A DNA stretch of 64,000 nucleotides from Entomortierella parvispora E1425 (lineage: Eukaryota > Fungi > Mortierellomycota), in NCBI GenBank assembly GCA_020891255.1, contig BQFW01000001.1, forward strand, positions 248,001 to 312,000, read 5' to 3'. Below the pieces are notes generated by a model, which ran no database searches, was not told where the DNA came from, and saw only the letters and a list, made by a program, of their open reading frames with translations. Of this stretch, positions 1-14,120 are shown in pieces; positions within the stretch are counted from its first letter, which is position 1; each line of letters begins with the position of its first letter. Made by a program: the position numbers and the translations under genes.

Positions 1-742
1 ATCGCGCCTTCATGAACCTCTTTCTTGCCTAACCTCATCTTTAACCTCGGTCTTTCCGATCCGACGATATCAAATCTTCAAGCACGATCTCGACTCCACC
101 GGCTCAAGACTTGTTTTCGAGGTTGATAGTCCGCTAGGATTGATTTTGGCTGCAAGACTCCCTGTCCAGCTAACTCAAGCGTCGATCCCAAACGCTTCTG
201 CTTCTCAACACAGCGGGAACAACGGCTGAGGTAGCCCTCTCGCACGGCCATTTCAATCACGAGCCCCGGCGACCAGCAGGCTCGAAATCGGGCAAGTTTG
301 AAGGTCTTGAGCGGTCTCTTTGACTTTTCTGAACAGCTTTGCTTGGCAACAGATATTAATGAGGTTTTTCTTCTTCCCCTTCTTTTTCTTCCTCTTCCTG
401 TTTCTCTTTTTCCTCTTCCCCTTCCCCTTCTTCTTTTTCTTCTTCTTGCTATTGTCGTGCAGATCTTTGACTTTGATGTACTTCTTCTTTCCTTCCCTTC
501 CCTCCCTCCTTCCTTCCTTCGTCGCTGCATCATCATCCCACTCTGATGGTTGCCAAGGTTATGTGAGCAGACGCCTTGGGATGTCTGAGAACATGGGGTG
601 TCTCGTCTCTTTCGAGGAACCGTACGCAATGGCCACGTAAAGATGCCACCATGGATGGGGCCATCAAAACTCCCCGCCTCTCTCCAAGGGCTCCAAATAC
701 ACTTTTCACACGTTCCTTCATTAATTAGTGAGTGGGATGGAC

Positions 743-775
<33 letters not shown>

Positions 776-1736
776 ATGCAATAGAGGGATGCGACGGGGA
801 GATCAAAGTGGACGCGTTTCACCTAAAAATCAAAAAAAGCCCTAGGGGATGCTGTTGCCTGGTCCATGAAGAGCCTGTCTGCACCAACTTGTTTCTCCTT
901 GACCTGATGACTCCAATCACTTCAAGGTCTAATACCTTGCAGCTTGCGGTATAGTTTGCGAGGAGGATATGCAACTCCTACTCTGTTTCTGTGTAAAATA
1001 TGAATGACTAGAGATCAGAGAAAGTGGGCAGACAAGCAATCATATAGCGAGTCAAAGATGTTTTCTTACCTGGGTCTAGCATCCGCCACAGCTCTCTTTG
1101 AGAAAGTGGTATGGCAGCTACTGGCGGGCACTGGATGCGCTCAAGAAGATCATTGGGAGGCCAAAAGAAAACGGAATGGAGAGTACAACGGTTTACATGC
1201 ACAGCTACTCCTGCAGGGGGAGCAGACGCGAACAAACAAACAGGGTCAAAATTCTCGACTAGTTGACAGATTAATCGAGATATTTTATCAACGCAAAAAA
1301 ATCCACAAAAAACAAAACAAAAAAAAAATAAAATAAAAAAAAAGAAAGCTTGTTGCCCAATCGAGCAAAAGATCATCGGGCAAAAGAACAAAAGCGGAGC
1401 GGAGCAACAACGGCAGCAGGGTCCGCAGAAGGGACGCTTCCCACCTTCCCCACCTTCCCCACGCTCGCGCGAGGGAACAGATCTTAGATCCGGGCTCGAT
1501 CTGCCGCGTCGGTTCCCTCCCCCGTCGTCGTCGTCGTCTGGGTCTGGATCTCTGTCCTTGTCGGGGTGTGCATGTGCCGCCGTGCGACGTGCAAATAAGC
1601 AATTATTCAATATTCAATACAACCAACCCAGTCAGCGTGCGAGAAGGGTGTGTGTCCAATCGTGGCCATCATGCACAGGTGAGCCAAAAAGGAAGACTGA
1701 AGAAAAAAGGTCGTTTCTGTGGTCCCAATGCCTGCG

Positions 1737-1860
1737 CTCCTTCCTTCCTTCCTTTCGTCCTTCCTTCCTTCCTTTTGTCCTTTTGTCCTTCCTTTTGTCC
1801 TTCCTCCTGTCCTTCCCTCTGTCCCTCCGTCCTTCCTTCCTTCCTTCCTTCCTTCCCTCC
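1737..1860. repeat. (TTCC)n / (TCCTT)n microsatellite upstream of the kinase
   Basis: Repeated ttcc and tccttttg units visible directly. Confidence 0.85.
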
Positions 1861-2133
1861 ATCCTCTCGTCCACTCCAAAGTCAACCACTCGCCCCATCA
1901 TTCGCTCTCCTCCATCCGCCTCCTTCCCCCCGTCATTGCCTCCCGTCACTACTCAAAACATTCTTTCCTTCCACTAGCATTCATTCTTCTCGTCTTCATT
2001 GTCGCATGGACTGAACTCTTTGTTTCAAGAACCCTTTCCTACCCACTCTACTCTCCCCTTTGACAGGGTCGTCATTAGCCAACAACTGGCTCAATCGCAA
2101 CTGCCCTTGACAGACATCTACGGCGGCCACATT

Positions 2134-5100
2134 ATGGAAAACAACCATAGCAGTAATAGTAACGATTCCCCTTCAGCGTCAGTTGAGCCATGTGTCGACA
2201 AGAGCGAGGATCTCTTTGATCTTCCATCGGCAGACGACCATGCTCATCCCTCAAATTTCAATCAACAGAGCGCCACTATGGAGGCAGCGTCCATGAATGA
2301 GCTGAAAGACCATGTTGCTAGTCAGGATCCTCCAGAGGCGACGGACCATGACCAACCCATGTTGGCCAACTCGGAAATGAAGAAGCAAATGACAATCTTG
2401 GATCCCGCCCTCGCCGCCGCCGCAGTGCCGTCGGCTATAGCACCGACTGTCTACGCCCTGGCCTCGAAGGTCCCGTTTCCGACCATCAACCACCTGACCA
2501 TGAACATCCCCAACCAACCAGTGGTCCAGGAGAAGGTTGCAGTCCCTTTCAAAACCATCCTCTGCTCCCCTCCAAATGAAACCACAAACACACCACAGGA
2601 TCGACAACACCAAAGCCCAGAATATCGGTCGAAAGCGCACAGCTCAGCGACAGCTCATCTATCCGAGTCGACGATGTATGACGATCCGGATCAGATGCAG
2701 GAAAATGATACCCCGCAAAACAATGTCCATCCGTACTTTGCAGCTGCAAAGTTCCCAGAGCGCCCACCGCTATCAAGAAGTCGAAGCCAGCATTCCAGCG
2801 CCGAATCAATGACTGGATCTCAACCAAAGGGTCTGCAGCGACCGACTTCTGGAATGACTTCCCCTCCTCTGACGACCAACCTCACGACTGCATCCTCGAA
2901 TTCGGACACTGTCCCTGTGCACCATGTCGTCTTCGACGAGAACTTGGATCCAGGTCTTGTCAAGAAAAATACTAACAAACACCAACAGGCGCAGGATGAT
3001 GAGGCTGCCGCCGCATCTAGCGGGAACAACTCCATTGGATCAAGGAGCACAGTCTTTGGGTTTGCGCCATTGTACGGCAAAGGGGACCATCAGGCCGCTA
3101 TGAGTTCTGGTGAAGAGCGCGTCTTGAAAGAGAGCCTTGCTTGCCGAACGATACCCCTCTCTGGAAGACTGACATCCGCCCACAACAACGAATCGGGCGC
3201 TATCTCAGGAGCAATATTTAGTCAGAGTCCAACAGAGGATGGACAGCCACAGGCAACTCCACATGCCCGAGCAGGAATTTCAAGAACTCTTAACCTGGAC
3301 CAACTCGAGAGTGGTGTTGAGCCCACAGTCCCTGATTCTGAAGAATCGGTCGAGTCGTTGATTGAAACCAAAGACTGGTCTAAAACAGGACTTGGTCCTA
3401 GATCATCTTGGCCTGCAGAGCTCAACATGCTCATGCCTCTCCTTATGCGATCGGCCTCGCCTTTGGCTCTTTACTGGGGAGACCAAAACTATTTAATCTA
3501 TAACGATGTAAGTTACGGCACCTGGCTTATCCCGCAGGTCTTGACTGGGGACCCCAGCTTCGGAAGATCAACATGAGATTCCTGGAGGTCGGGAGGAACC
3601 TTTTAAACCCGTCGAGGTGAACTGAAGGCAGTGATGGCATTCCCGATTGTTTGCTGCTAGCGTAAATCTGGTCTTCATCGGGGTCACTTCCTTTCGAGTT
3701 TTGTGCGACCAATAGGGGAGTGATGTTTCTATGGCTTGCTTCTAAAGGTACTGACCAAATTTTGTTTTGTCTGATCTCGATAGGCCTGGCGACCGATATT
3801 GAAGCAAAAGCACCCTCTGGGTAAGTTCTGCAAGGGGAAGGATGGAAGACAACGGATCCCTGCTGTCGGAGACAGCTTAGTCGTTCGTCTTGCCTCAATC
3901 TGAGCTAATCTGAGATCGCAGCCTCCGAAAGTTTCAATTGGGTTTAGTGTCTGGATTTTGGGTTTGATGAAGAAGCTAACGTTTTGAGTTTGTTCGTCTC
4001 TTCAACTCCTCGATATAGCTATGGGCATGCCCGGCGCCACGGTCTGGAGTGAGATTTGGGACGTGCTCGGGGCACAGATCGACCAGGTCAGGAAAGAGGG
4101 CCGTGGAAACGACAACAAGGGCCTGCGCTTGGACCTTCATCGGTAATCCCCCCCCCCCCCCTCTGCTGTTATGTTTTTTAAGATCCGTATATTCGAAAGC
4201 TGCCCTTCATTGGAACTTGGTCTTGGCCTGACCCCTTTTATATCTGTCTGTTATATAGCGAGGGATATGAAGAAGAATGCTACTTCGACTTCACTTTTTC
4301 GCCCATCTTCCTTTCGGATAATTCGATAGGCGGTATATTTGCGTGCGTCCTGGAAGTGACCCAATCAATCTTGAACCAACGGCGGCTGATGACCTTAAAT
4401 CAATTCAGCAAACAGGCCCCCCTCATCCAATCTGTCACTGGGGCGTATTCAATGATCACAACAATTCTCCAGGAATCCAACAATCTCGACATTCCATTCT
4501 CAATCGTGTACAGCACTAAGGAACTTGCCAAGGAGCCTTGTCCTGCACCAACATCCCACGGGACGTTTTCGCCACCACCTTCACAACCTCCCGTCGTTCC
4601 ACCCGTGCCCGACGATATCCTTACGACAGGACATCACGCAGGTACAGGACTGAAGTCTGGTGAAGGTGTTTCAAAAACTAGGATAGAATTGATTCGCTCA
4701 TATTTTTCTAATGGCCTTATTCCAGGTAAATGCGATGCCCGACGAGCTCCTCAGGCTGCTATCTTGCGTAGCACATCATTCGACCGTAAGTTGGAGGTAG
4801 TGGACTATGGTCAGACGAAAGAGAAAATATTTTCAAAAGCCACCTCCACACGTCATATTCCAGACTCGCTCCTTATCACACCCGAGGAATATGAGCCACT
4901 GGATCCGTCGGCGCCTATTTATGATGACCCATGGGCATGGCCTGTCCGCTCTGTTCTCGCAGACGGTATTCCTCGACTGGTCACGCTTCCAAAGTCGACT
5001 CACAAACTCGCTCGAGCTATACTTCTGCCGATCCTTGAGAATCCGTCTGTTCTTGATTCCAGGATTACGACAATATTGATTGTCGGAATCAATCCATTTC

Positions 5101-8100
5101 AGATGCTTGACAACCAATATCTGGACTTTCTTGCTCTCTTGGTTGCCAATATCGCATCCCTACTTCACTTTGGACGTTCTCGCGAGGAAGAAAGAAAGAC
5201 CACGGAGGCCCTCTTTGAGCTCAACAAGGCCAAGATCTCCTTCTTTCAAAACATTTCGCACGAGCTTCGGAGTAAGTTACTGACATATGTGTGCTCCACC
5301 TCAAATTTCTCCACACTGCTAATCTAATACCGTGCCTCCTTTTTACTTTATTAGCACCACTGACTCTAATGCTTGCGCCGCTGGATGATGTCTTGGCACA
5401 AACTCCAGAAAAGGCGCCAACGAGAGCGAACTTGGAGATGATCCGTCGCAATTCCAGGCGACTCTTAAAACTCGTCAACACCTTACTCCAGTTTTCGAGA
5501 ATTGAGGCAGGAAAGGGACTAGCAGTATTTGAAGAGACCGATCTTTCCAAGGCTACCCGCGAGGTGTCCGCCAATTTTGAAAGTGTCGCCCGCGGATTCA
5601 ACTTGGATTACATTATCGACTGCGAGGATCTGAGTGGAATCCCTGGAGGAATCTGGGTGGACCAGGCCATGTGGGCTGGAATCATTCTAAACTTGATTGG
5701 AAATGCATTCAAGCACACTTGGTCCGGATCAGTCACTGTCCATCAATACCCCGCCAAGGGCAAGAACGGTCGGGATGGAGTAGCAGTTGATGTCGCGGAT
5801 ACTGGCGTCGGAATCTCAGCCGACCATCTTCACAGCCTTTTTGGACGATTTAACAGGATCGAAAACAAGCAGTCGCGTTCTCATGAGGGAACAGGAATTG
5901 GTCTGTCCCTCGTCAAAGAGTTGACGGAAGTTCATGGAGGTAATGTCTCAGTCACGTCTGAAGTGGACAAAGGCACCTGTTTCCATCTGTGGATCCCCGC
6001 TGGTCGGAGTCACCTCCCAAGCTCTCAAATCAAGCTTGGAGATTCCAACGAAGCAGGTCAGAACTCTCGGACGTTTAATAACGACATCATGAACAACAAG
6101 ACAGACGCCTCCATGTATGTGGAGGAAGCAACTCAGTGGATTTCTCAGAAATCTCTTCCAGGATCAACTTTGACCGCTTCTGGCACAGATTCAACCGAGG
6201 AAGAGAAACCAGAGGATGATGACGATGATGCCATTCATTTGGGATTGGACCACATGCGCGATCGCCAGGGCTCTGTTGAAAGCAACCAAGACTATGAAGT
6301 ATCGACTCTTGACGTGGACGAAGAGGAGTTGTCCAGGATTCTCATCGATCCGCCAGAAGATGGGGAAGTGGTTATACCAGAAGAAGAGTTGGCGAAACTG
6401 GAGGCGCGCCGGAGTTCATCAACTGTTCACAGCCCAAGACTTTCCACTGCCTCGGCCGAAGGAATATTTGCGTTTAAGGAACAAGCGCCATCGGCCATAT
6501 CTTTCACTTCTACGGAAAGGGTGCTTGACACTGGAATGAACGATGATGGTGGGTTTGGATCACAGGAGCAAACACGGGAACTTATAGAGGAGCCCGAAGA
6601 CGACAAGGCAATCTCACCCCGGGCTCGGTCTCGACGGAGCTATATCATCATTGTCGACGACAACAATGACATGAGGACCTACCTTCGTGAGATTCTTGGC
6701 AAGGACTTTAGAGTCCGCTGCGCTGTGGACGGTCTGGACGCCATTCGTTTGATTTCGGAGCGATTGCATCAGAGGAAACGAATCGATCTGGTTTTGAGTG
6801 GTATGCAGTTTGATGTAGCTGTTTGATGTATTTGTTTGTGCTTGATATCTTACATCGGCATTACTTCCTTGAGAGTGCTAATGAATCATGATATCTTTCA
6901 TTATAGACGTTGCGATGCCGAACATGAATGGATACGAATTGCTTAAGCGGCTTCGAAGCGACTCTGCGACAATGACGACCCCATTTATTCTGCTCTCCGC
7001 CCGAGCTGGAGAGGAGGCTAATGTTGAGGGACTTGATTTGGGCGCGGATGATTGTCTTGTCAAGCCGTTTTCAGCGCGGGAGCTCTTGGCTCGTGTCCGA
7101 TCAACCATCCGACTCTCTGACCTTCGCCATGAACTGATTCGAGAGCAACGTCACGCACTGGAGATGAAACAGCTAATCTACTCGATTTCTGTTCGCATTC
7201 GAAGTGGACTTTCCTTGCCCCAAATCTTGGACACTGCATCCAAAGAGCTGTTCACGGTGATCCGATGCAACGCCATTCGAATCTGCCGGTTTCGACGAGT
7301 GGATCCGGAGTCTGGTCAGCATTGGGTCCGGTTTGTTAGTGAAATTGTCAGCTGCGGGAAACCAAAGGTATTGACGCCGACAGATCGATTGTTGCCCAAG
7401 GGTCTTGAGGTGAATGAGATCCATCATGTTCACGGTGGCGACACGGAGATGGCCGGTGATCTGCGTCATGTCAGACATTACCAACATCCAGTATTTGGTG
7501 CAAAGAACTTTATCAGTGTAGCGCTCATCCACAACCGGAGAATCTGGGGATATTTACTTGCGTCTAAGGATGCCGAAATGGTGGACTGGTCCCAGAGCGA
7601 AAAGTTGCTCTTTGAGCAAACTGGGAATCAGATCTCTTTGGCAATTGCCCACGCCAGTCTGTGGGAGATGAAGAAGTCCCAGCAGGTTGAAATGGAGGCA
7701 GCTCATGCTGCTAATGAGGCTAAATCGCAGATTTTGGCCAACACAAGTCATGAACTTCGAACAGTAAGTCATCGAAGATTATCACTGCGAAACATATTGG
7801 GGATGTCATGCAGTATGCTTACATTTCGTCCGCTTTGATTTGACCGTTAGCCTATCGGCGCCATTGTAGGAGCACTGAGCGCACTGGAGGATACTGATTA
7901 TAACCTCACCGGAGAACAACGCGACATGGTCAAGATCATGCAAATCACCAGTGATGTGGCCCTCAGCGTTATCAATGACTTGCTGGACACGGCGAAACTG
8001 GAAGCTGGCGCGATGAGTCTGACAATCAAAGAGTGCCCTGCTTTAGCAGACACTTTGGTGCAATCTGTTCGTATCTTTGCGGACAAGGCAGGACGTAAAG

Positions 8101-11083
8101 AGGTCGACTTGATTCTGGAGCCCTCGGAAGAACTGGAGTCTTTTGATACCATGATGCAGCAAGGCGCCATAATATGGACGGATGGCGATCGATTGCAGCA
8201 AGTCATCATGAACCTAATTGGCAACGCCGTCAAATTTACTTCGAACGGCAAGGTCGTTATCCAATGCTCATTTTCAAAGGGCGGGCCAGGCGCGGTCCAC
8301 AGTTCTGCTTCCTCCTCGCCAATGGCAACGTCACCGTTAGTTTCTCATGGTGAAGGCCTCGATGTGCGATCGTCATCCTCAGCCAGTTCGCCAGCAATAT
8401 CCTCGCACGGACGAATCCACCATGCGGCTCCGATCCCCCCCGATGCACAGGTGACTCATGGAACACTAAAATTCGAGGTCTCGGACACTGGCATTGGCAT
8501 CGACCCAGAGTTCTTGAAGAACCACATCTTCAAGAGTTTTGCGCAATATGACCAGTCAATGACACGTCGTTTTGGCGGCACTGGACTCGGTAAGACTTGT
8601 GCTTTCTAGCGTCTTTTGTTTCGAGTTCAGGTTCTCGGAAATGACCCCGACTATACTCAGTGTCACCGATCAGAGCGGGGTCTATGAACCACGGACTGCG
8701 AAGCAGGATTCTCCTTTTCGAGTCCTGCCAGACCCGGCTTGGCCAGAAATTGATCACTCTTCAGCATTGTAAATGCTTTATTCCAACTTATTATTCTCAG
8801 TTAACTTATTTTTTATTTTCTATTCGAATAACTAGGTCTCGCTATCAGCAAGCACCTGGTCATGATGAACGGAGGCATCCTGGGCGTCACCTCTAATGTT
8901 GGTCAGGGCTCAACCTTCTACTTTACATGGCCCATCACGCTTGTCACGAGAGCCCACCTTCCTACCTCTCCTCAGCGTCCATTGACTCCCCGACCTGCAC
9001 TCTCCGCCGAGCTGGCATACGAAACCAGAGCTGTGGTTGTTGAGCCGGTGCCCGAAGCGAGGAACATGCTCAGATGGATTCTAAGCCAGCAATCTATCGA
9101 TGTAGCCCTCTATGAGAGCTGTGACAATGTCTTTATGGATGAGCAGGCACGCAACCCGGATCTCCTCGGTCCGGACGGGAAGGTGCTCGTCGCCAACTAC
9201 AGACCCAACGCCCACTTTTTCTTCTGCACACGCTCTTCAACTGCAGAGGCGACCATCAGGACTGCTCGAGATATTGGCGAGCTTTTCAGGGCAAAGAATG
9301 ACGAGGCAAGATTGAAAGAGACTCAAGATCATCGGGACCTTATCGTCTCCATTATCTTGGTAGTCTTTTCTTCTGCCCAGGGTCGGTCACTTGCCAAGGA
9401 CATGATCAAGCGGATTCGAGGTGGTGGATTAGAGCAAACAGTCCTTTGTCGCTACATTGTCAAACCTGTCAAGACAGAGCGCGTGATCGAGTGTTTACAA
9501 ATGCAAGGGTCATACACGCCGTTTACCCGTGGGATTGATGTGTCTTCAGAGGCTTTGCAGGGCGGGGCATTGAAGCAGACTGGATATTCGCGGTATGCGC
9601 CTCACCATCGCCCTCATCAACCACACCATCACCAACGACAGTCTAATAGTCAGGCAGAAGAATCGGGATCCATACCAGGAGACTATGACGGCGACGACTA
9701 TTGCAACAAAAATATAGAGAATCTCGGCGCCAACCACTCTCCTATATCAGATGAGAGCCCCACTGTGAGATCACCGCCGCAAGAGTTTCCGACGCCCTTC
9801 ACGCCCTCTAAAGCACAGACTGGGGCCCCAACAAAAACTTCGCTGGGAAGCCACCCACGGTCCTCAACAGCCACTCAACGACGCTTAAGACTCCGAGCCA
9901 ATGCAGAAGCTGTAGGGGGAGCCCTGGGCCGAGGATCAGGGAAGAACAGCAAGACCTCTGGCACCGACGAGTCTATAAAGTCTTTGAGCGATAACCCAGC
10001 CTTCAGTAATCGAGCGGCCCGAGCAGCTGCTGGAAAGCGGGAACGGAAGGGAAAATGCATTCTTTGCGTTGAAGACAATATTATCAATCTGAGGGTAATT
10101 TTATTTTGCCAACTTTTTACCAGCATGGTTTTCCCTTCTGAAAGGTTTACTGATTCTTTTTTTCTTCCTGTCTCTCTCCCTCCCTCTTTTTATCTCTTTA
10201 GGTGGTTCAATATCAGCTGCAAAAACTCGGTTATGACACACAGTCCGCCTGTGATGGACAAGTGGCTGTTGACATTATCAAGGCGCAGATCGAGATGCTA
10301 GCGCAGCAGGAAGGGGCCGAGAACACAGTTTCAGTCGAGGACGAAACTACGGATGCAATTGTGACTGAGAGTGGGACCGATAATGAGATTGCTGTGAGCT
10401 CTGCTGATGACGAAGCAGGAGGTCGGGAGATCTTGCATGCCCACTCGGCCATTGGGAGGGAGCTGTTGGCGCTGAACCCAGAAGAGAACCTTATGAAGGG
10501 GAGCAATGTCACTGAGGCAGCACATCCGCAGGTGGACCCCTCGTCTACTCCAGCGGCCCTGCGACCCTCTCTATTGACCCCGCTTCAATCCTCTGGTGCA
10601 TCTAGTACTTCTTTGGCGCCATCCCTATTGTCGTCTTCCTCGACTTCCTTGGATCAATCCACAGCATCTGAATCTTCTAGCTTTACCGAAGGCCGCTCAT
10701 CAACTGGACTGCCCCCATTGCCTACTGCAGCAGCTGATAATGAGCTATTCCCAACGCAAGGACCACCAAAGAGCTCCAAGACATATTTGCCAGTGAAGGC
10801 GCCAAAGACGAATCGACCCCAAGGAGATGGAGCCAAGATTGATTTGATCCTGATGGATTGCGCCATGCCCGTCAAGAGTGGATTTGATGCTGCATCAGAG
10901 ATCCGAGCCATGGAGGCCGGGTCTACGTTCACAGCTTCCATCCCCATCATTGCCTTGACGGCAAGTGCAGTGGCGTCGACCAAAGAAAAGTGCCTTGAAT
11001 CGGGCATGAACGGATACCTGTCCAAACCGACCAAGCTGGCGGATTTGGAGGAAATGCTGGACCAGTGGATAGAGAAGGATTAG
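2134..11083 (+). CDS. Dual hybrid histidine kinase: PAS/GAF-like sensor, HisKA, HATPase, REC, GAF, HisKA, HATPase, degenerate REC, REC (multi-exon)
   Basis: Spliced reading gives the sensor motif DWSKTGLGPRSSWP...YNDAWRPILKQKHPLAMG using a 37-nt exon (3784-3820). H-boxes are NISHELRTPL (intron 5272-5354) and NTSHELRTPI (intron 7764-7850). There are two HATPase N/G boxes (NLIGNAFKH...DTGVGI...GTGIGL and NLIGNAVKF...DTGIGI...GTGLG), REC1 (IVDDNND...LVLS|DVAMP...KPF) and a final REC (VEDN...LMDCAMP...SKP). Start inferred at ATG 2134; not every exon was mapped. Confidence 0.92.
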
Positions 11084-11642
11084 ACGAATGACCCCTTGTA
11101 CATGTAAACTACGATTAAAGAAAAGCAGGAGCCTTCATGGCATGTTACATAAAACATGGGCACTGCACCCTTGGATTCTGCCAGGGCAACACACGAGTTT
11201 CATTTCCCTCCATGGCAAAGCAAAACGAACAAAAAAAACAAAAAAAACGGCCATTCTATTTTTGTCGGCGAAGCACAGCAACAAATTTTTTCTTGGAGCA
11301 ATGGTGGACGACTGGTGGACCATTGTTCCGACAAAGTAACCCCTTTGCCTTCCCCTTGCCCTTGAGCGTGTCTGCTAGACACCTTTTTGGAAAAGTCGTC
11401 CATCACCCCTTGGGCCCTGCAAACTCCATTATGAAAAGCTCAAACATGGAGATTGCGCCCCGCTCCATCCACTTCACTACTTCACTGACATGTCTGGCAC
11501 GTATATATTTTGCTTCCCCTTCACTCACTCGCCTTTTTGACCATCCTTCACAATTAGATTCTCTTTCTCCACGAGCCAACTGCACCCTGTCCATTTTGTC
11601 ACGTACTCCTTATTCCCACCGTCCATCTTTCAAGAACAAAGC

Positions 11643-12181
11643 ATGCCTCAGCAAAATGACTCGGATCACCGACACCGCTACATCCGCGTCTTTATGAAGC
11701 ATTGTCAAGGCGGAGAACTCGAAATGGAAATCGCCCACAGCTTGCAAGAGCGACTGGAACGCGAGGCTCTTGTCGCTGGAACCGTTTTCATTTCGACGAC
11801 CACCGCTACAAGTACTTTAGTCGCATCAAAGCCGAACACCGCGAGGTCGTGTGTCGCGACATCCCCGTGTGCAGCTGCACCCAGCTCAGGTTTCGGTTGG
11901 CGGGCGGCCGCATACGACCGGAACGGAAAGACATGGTCCATGCCGTGGATTGCTCCGATGTGGGCAGCATTCGAAGGATCAAAGACGTGACCAGGAGCCA
12001 TGGTCGCAATGTCCTGCACATGGCGAGTATCGAGGTCATCTCTGTCAGGAAACGCAATTTGGAGATGGAACAGAGAAACGAACATATCAGGATCGGAAAT
12101 GAGAGGGCATTGTTGACCGCCACAGGAAGTCTGCTGGGTGCGATCATCGGCCTCGCTTTCCAATGGGCTGCAAGCTCGTAA
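11643..12181 (+). CDS. Possible small protein with a C-terminal hydrophobic segment; structure unresolved
   Basis: Two overlapping + strand ORFs (11643-11990 and 11702-12181); the second ends in TM-like ALLTATGSLLGAIIGLAFQW. No clear splice joining them. Confidence 0.3.
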
Positions 12182-12558
12182 ATGGTAGCAATAAATCCAT
12201 CTGCCCACCTCTCTCCGGGGGCATCTGCAGGAACAATGGCCCTTCTGTCCGTCTTTTTTTTTTTTTTTTCTTTCTTTTTTTTTTTTTATGGAAGCTTGAC
12301 AATGCTCTCCCTGCATGATCCACTTCTGACCTCAACATTCAACTTCTCCTGCGTCAGATCAAGTGCATCGCCTCGATCGAGCTGCGATACGGTTTTCACC
12401 TTTAGAGATAAAATCCTTGCCTTGCAGACAGAGACCCTCGTCCTCCTAGTTCTCATGCACTCTATCGCTTGACCCACCGTCGTGCGGAACTGCCCAGCAT
12501 GTCAAAATACGATGGTTTTATTAACAAATCTTGTTGTTTTGGAGGCAAGGTTGAGATA

Positions 12559-12927
12559 TTACTGTTTGCAGAAGCAATAGGGCTTCTGACAAAGGAGATC
12601 CCTGGAGCATTGATAAGTGCAAGCGGCCCCTCCAGCATTGTCACATTGGCATGGGAGTGGGATGTTGGAGCCGCAACGGCAGCCAATCGTGGCGCAATCT
12701 CCCTCCCCGCCGAATTGGCAGTTGATCTGGCTGAGGTTCGAGCTAGAGCGCAGACAGGATAGGCCAGTGGATGAAGCCTCTGCACGCTTGAGAAGCTGGG
12801 TGCCATCTGCGATCGTGTCCTGAGGTGCAGCCCGTTTGATGCCAAGGGCTGCCATTGGGACAGTGGCCGCTGTCGCTTGCAAGAGGATGACGGTAGCAAA
12901 GATGGTAAGGATTCCAAAAGTTTTCAT
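12559..12927 (-). CDS. Small secreted cysteine-rich prepro-protein (122 aa, 12 Cys)
   Basis: ATG in caaaaATG context; signal-like MKTFGILTIFATVILLQATAA; two Kex2-type KR sites (GIKR, LLKR); C-terminal domain with 12 Cys. TATATAAA on the minus strand near 13100. Confidence 0.8.
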   Translation of the reverse strand: MKTFGILTIFATVILLQATAATVPMAALGIKRAAPQDTIADGTQLLKRAEASSTGLSCLRSSSNLSQINCQFGGEGDCATIGCRCGSNIPLPCQCDNAGGAACTYQCSRDLLCQKPYCFCKQ

Positions 12928-13749
12928 TTTTGAAACGCTGGTTGTGTTGTGATGGAACAGGGAATAATAGACCACAAGATCAAGATGCTTCTGCTGCTGA
13001 AGGAAACCAAGTGCTGTAGTGGCTTGTTGATGGTTGGGGCGTTGAGGATCGGGGGGAAGCAAGGTGTGGAGAATCGAGGGAAGCAAAAGAAGGCGCGAGT
13101 TTATATACTTGGACGATTTTAAAATAGAACAGCAACATACAGGGTGAATCGGCCACAGGAAGGCTGAGTGCACAGAAAGTGGGTACAAGATCAGGGGGAT
13201 GTAGGCTTAGCAGGGGAAAAAAGTTATCAGGGGGAGGATGTGAAAAAAAACAGTAAAAATATACCGGGTAGACGCCAAAATCCAAGGGTGAATGGCTGAA
13301 ATGGGATCATGGACCCGAGGAAAGATTCAACAGGACAAGACCTGTCGCTAGCCCGTTTTCTTTTTCTATTTCGCGCTTGATTGTCCTACTGACTTGGGCG
13401 TTGCCCCATTAAGGTTTGTAACCACAAATGCACCTACGTCTCTTCGACGAGGAAACACAATGTCCAAATAGTGTAGTCTCTTCCTCTCTGGCTCCGGGCG
13501 CACTCCAGTTGTTTTCATGATGATTTTAATGGCAGCGTAAGAAAACTGCACCTATCTATAGTAAGAAGGAATGTGTGGCCGTCGTGGATGCTGTCAAGAC
13601 GCGATGGACCTCCGATCACTATTACGCCGCTCGAGGGTAAGGCCATCTCAGAATGACACTCCAACCTCCAGCCCGTCATTAAAAAATCGGAATGGTCGCT
13701 TGCAGACGCCTTGTCCGACAGCCTCCACTGCCATACCTTGATCGAACTC

Positions 13750-14120
13750 GCGGGCATCTGTGCAGTGGCATGCCTCTGCGAAGGAAGATTTGGAGTTGAA
13801 AAAAAGGATCGAGGATTCATGGGTGTTCCATGTCAGTCTCGAGAACGGTACCAGTCCGTTACCAGCGGAAGCTACTCCACTCGAGGTCATTATATAATCG
13901 AATGCTCCTACAACCTCTCCCTGGGGAGAGAATTCACGGGATTGCGAATAGATACAATGTAGTAGACCCGATGGAAATTGTGAAACTTCTCGCCAAGTAC
14001 CATGTTCAGGACTGGGGATCCGCCTCTGCCATTCTTGTAGTCGATGGATTAGAATACTTCATTACAGATTCTCAAGCGGTACTAGATATCGATGGATCAT
14101 CTTGCCTTGCTGACTGACTG
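13750..14120 (+). pseudogene. Decayed fragment of a second Crinkler-type NTPase family
   Basis: NRMLLQ...ILVVDGLEYF motifs; paralog of 20490-21300; no start, broken frame. Family assignment is from recalled motifs. Confidence 0.55.

Noticed and set aside
78-954. Lys/Arg-rich and Phe/Leu-rich ORFs at the window start
   Set aside because: Produced by purine/pyrimidine tracts and a poly-A run; no recognisable domain or splice model.
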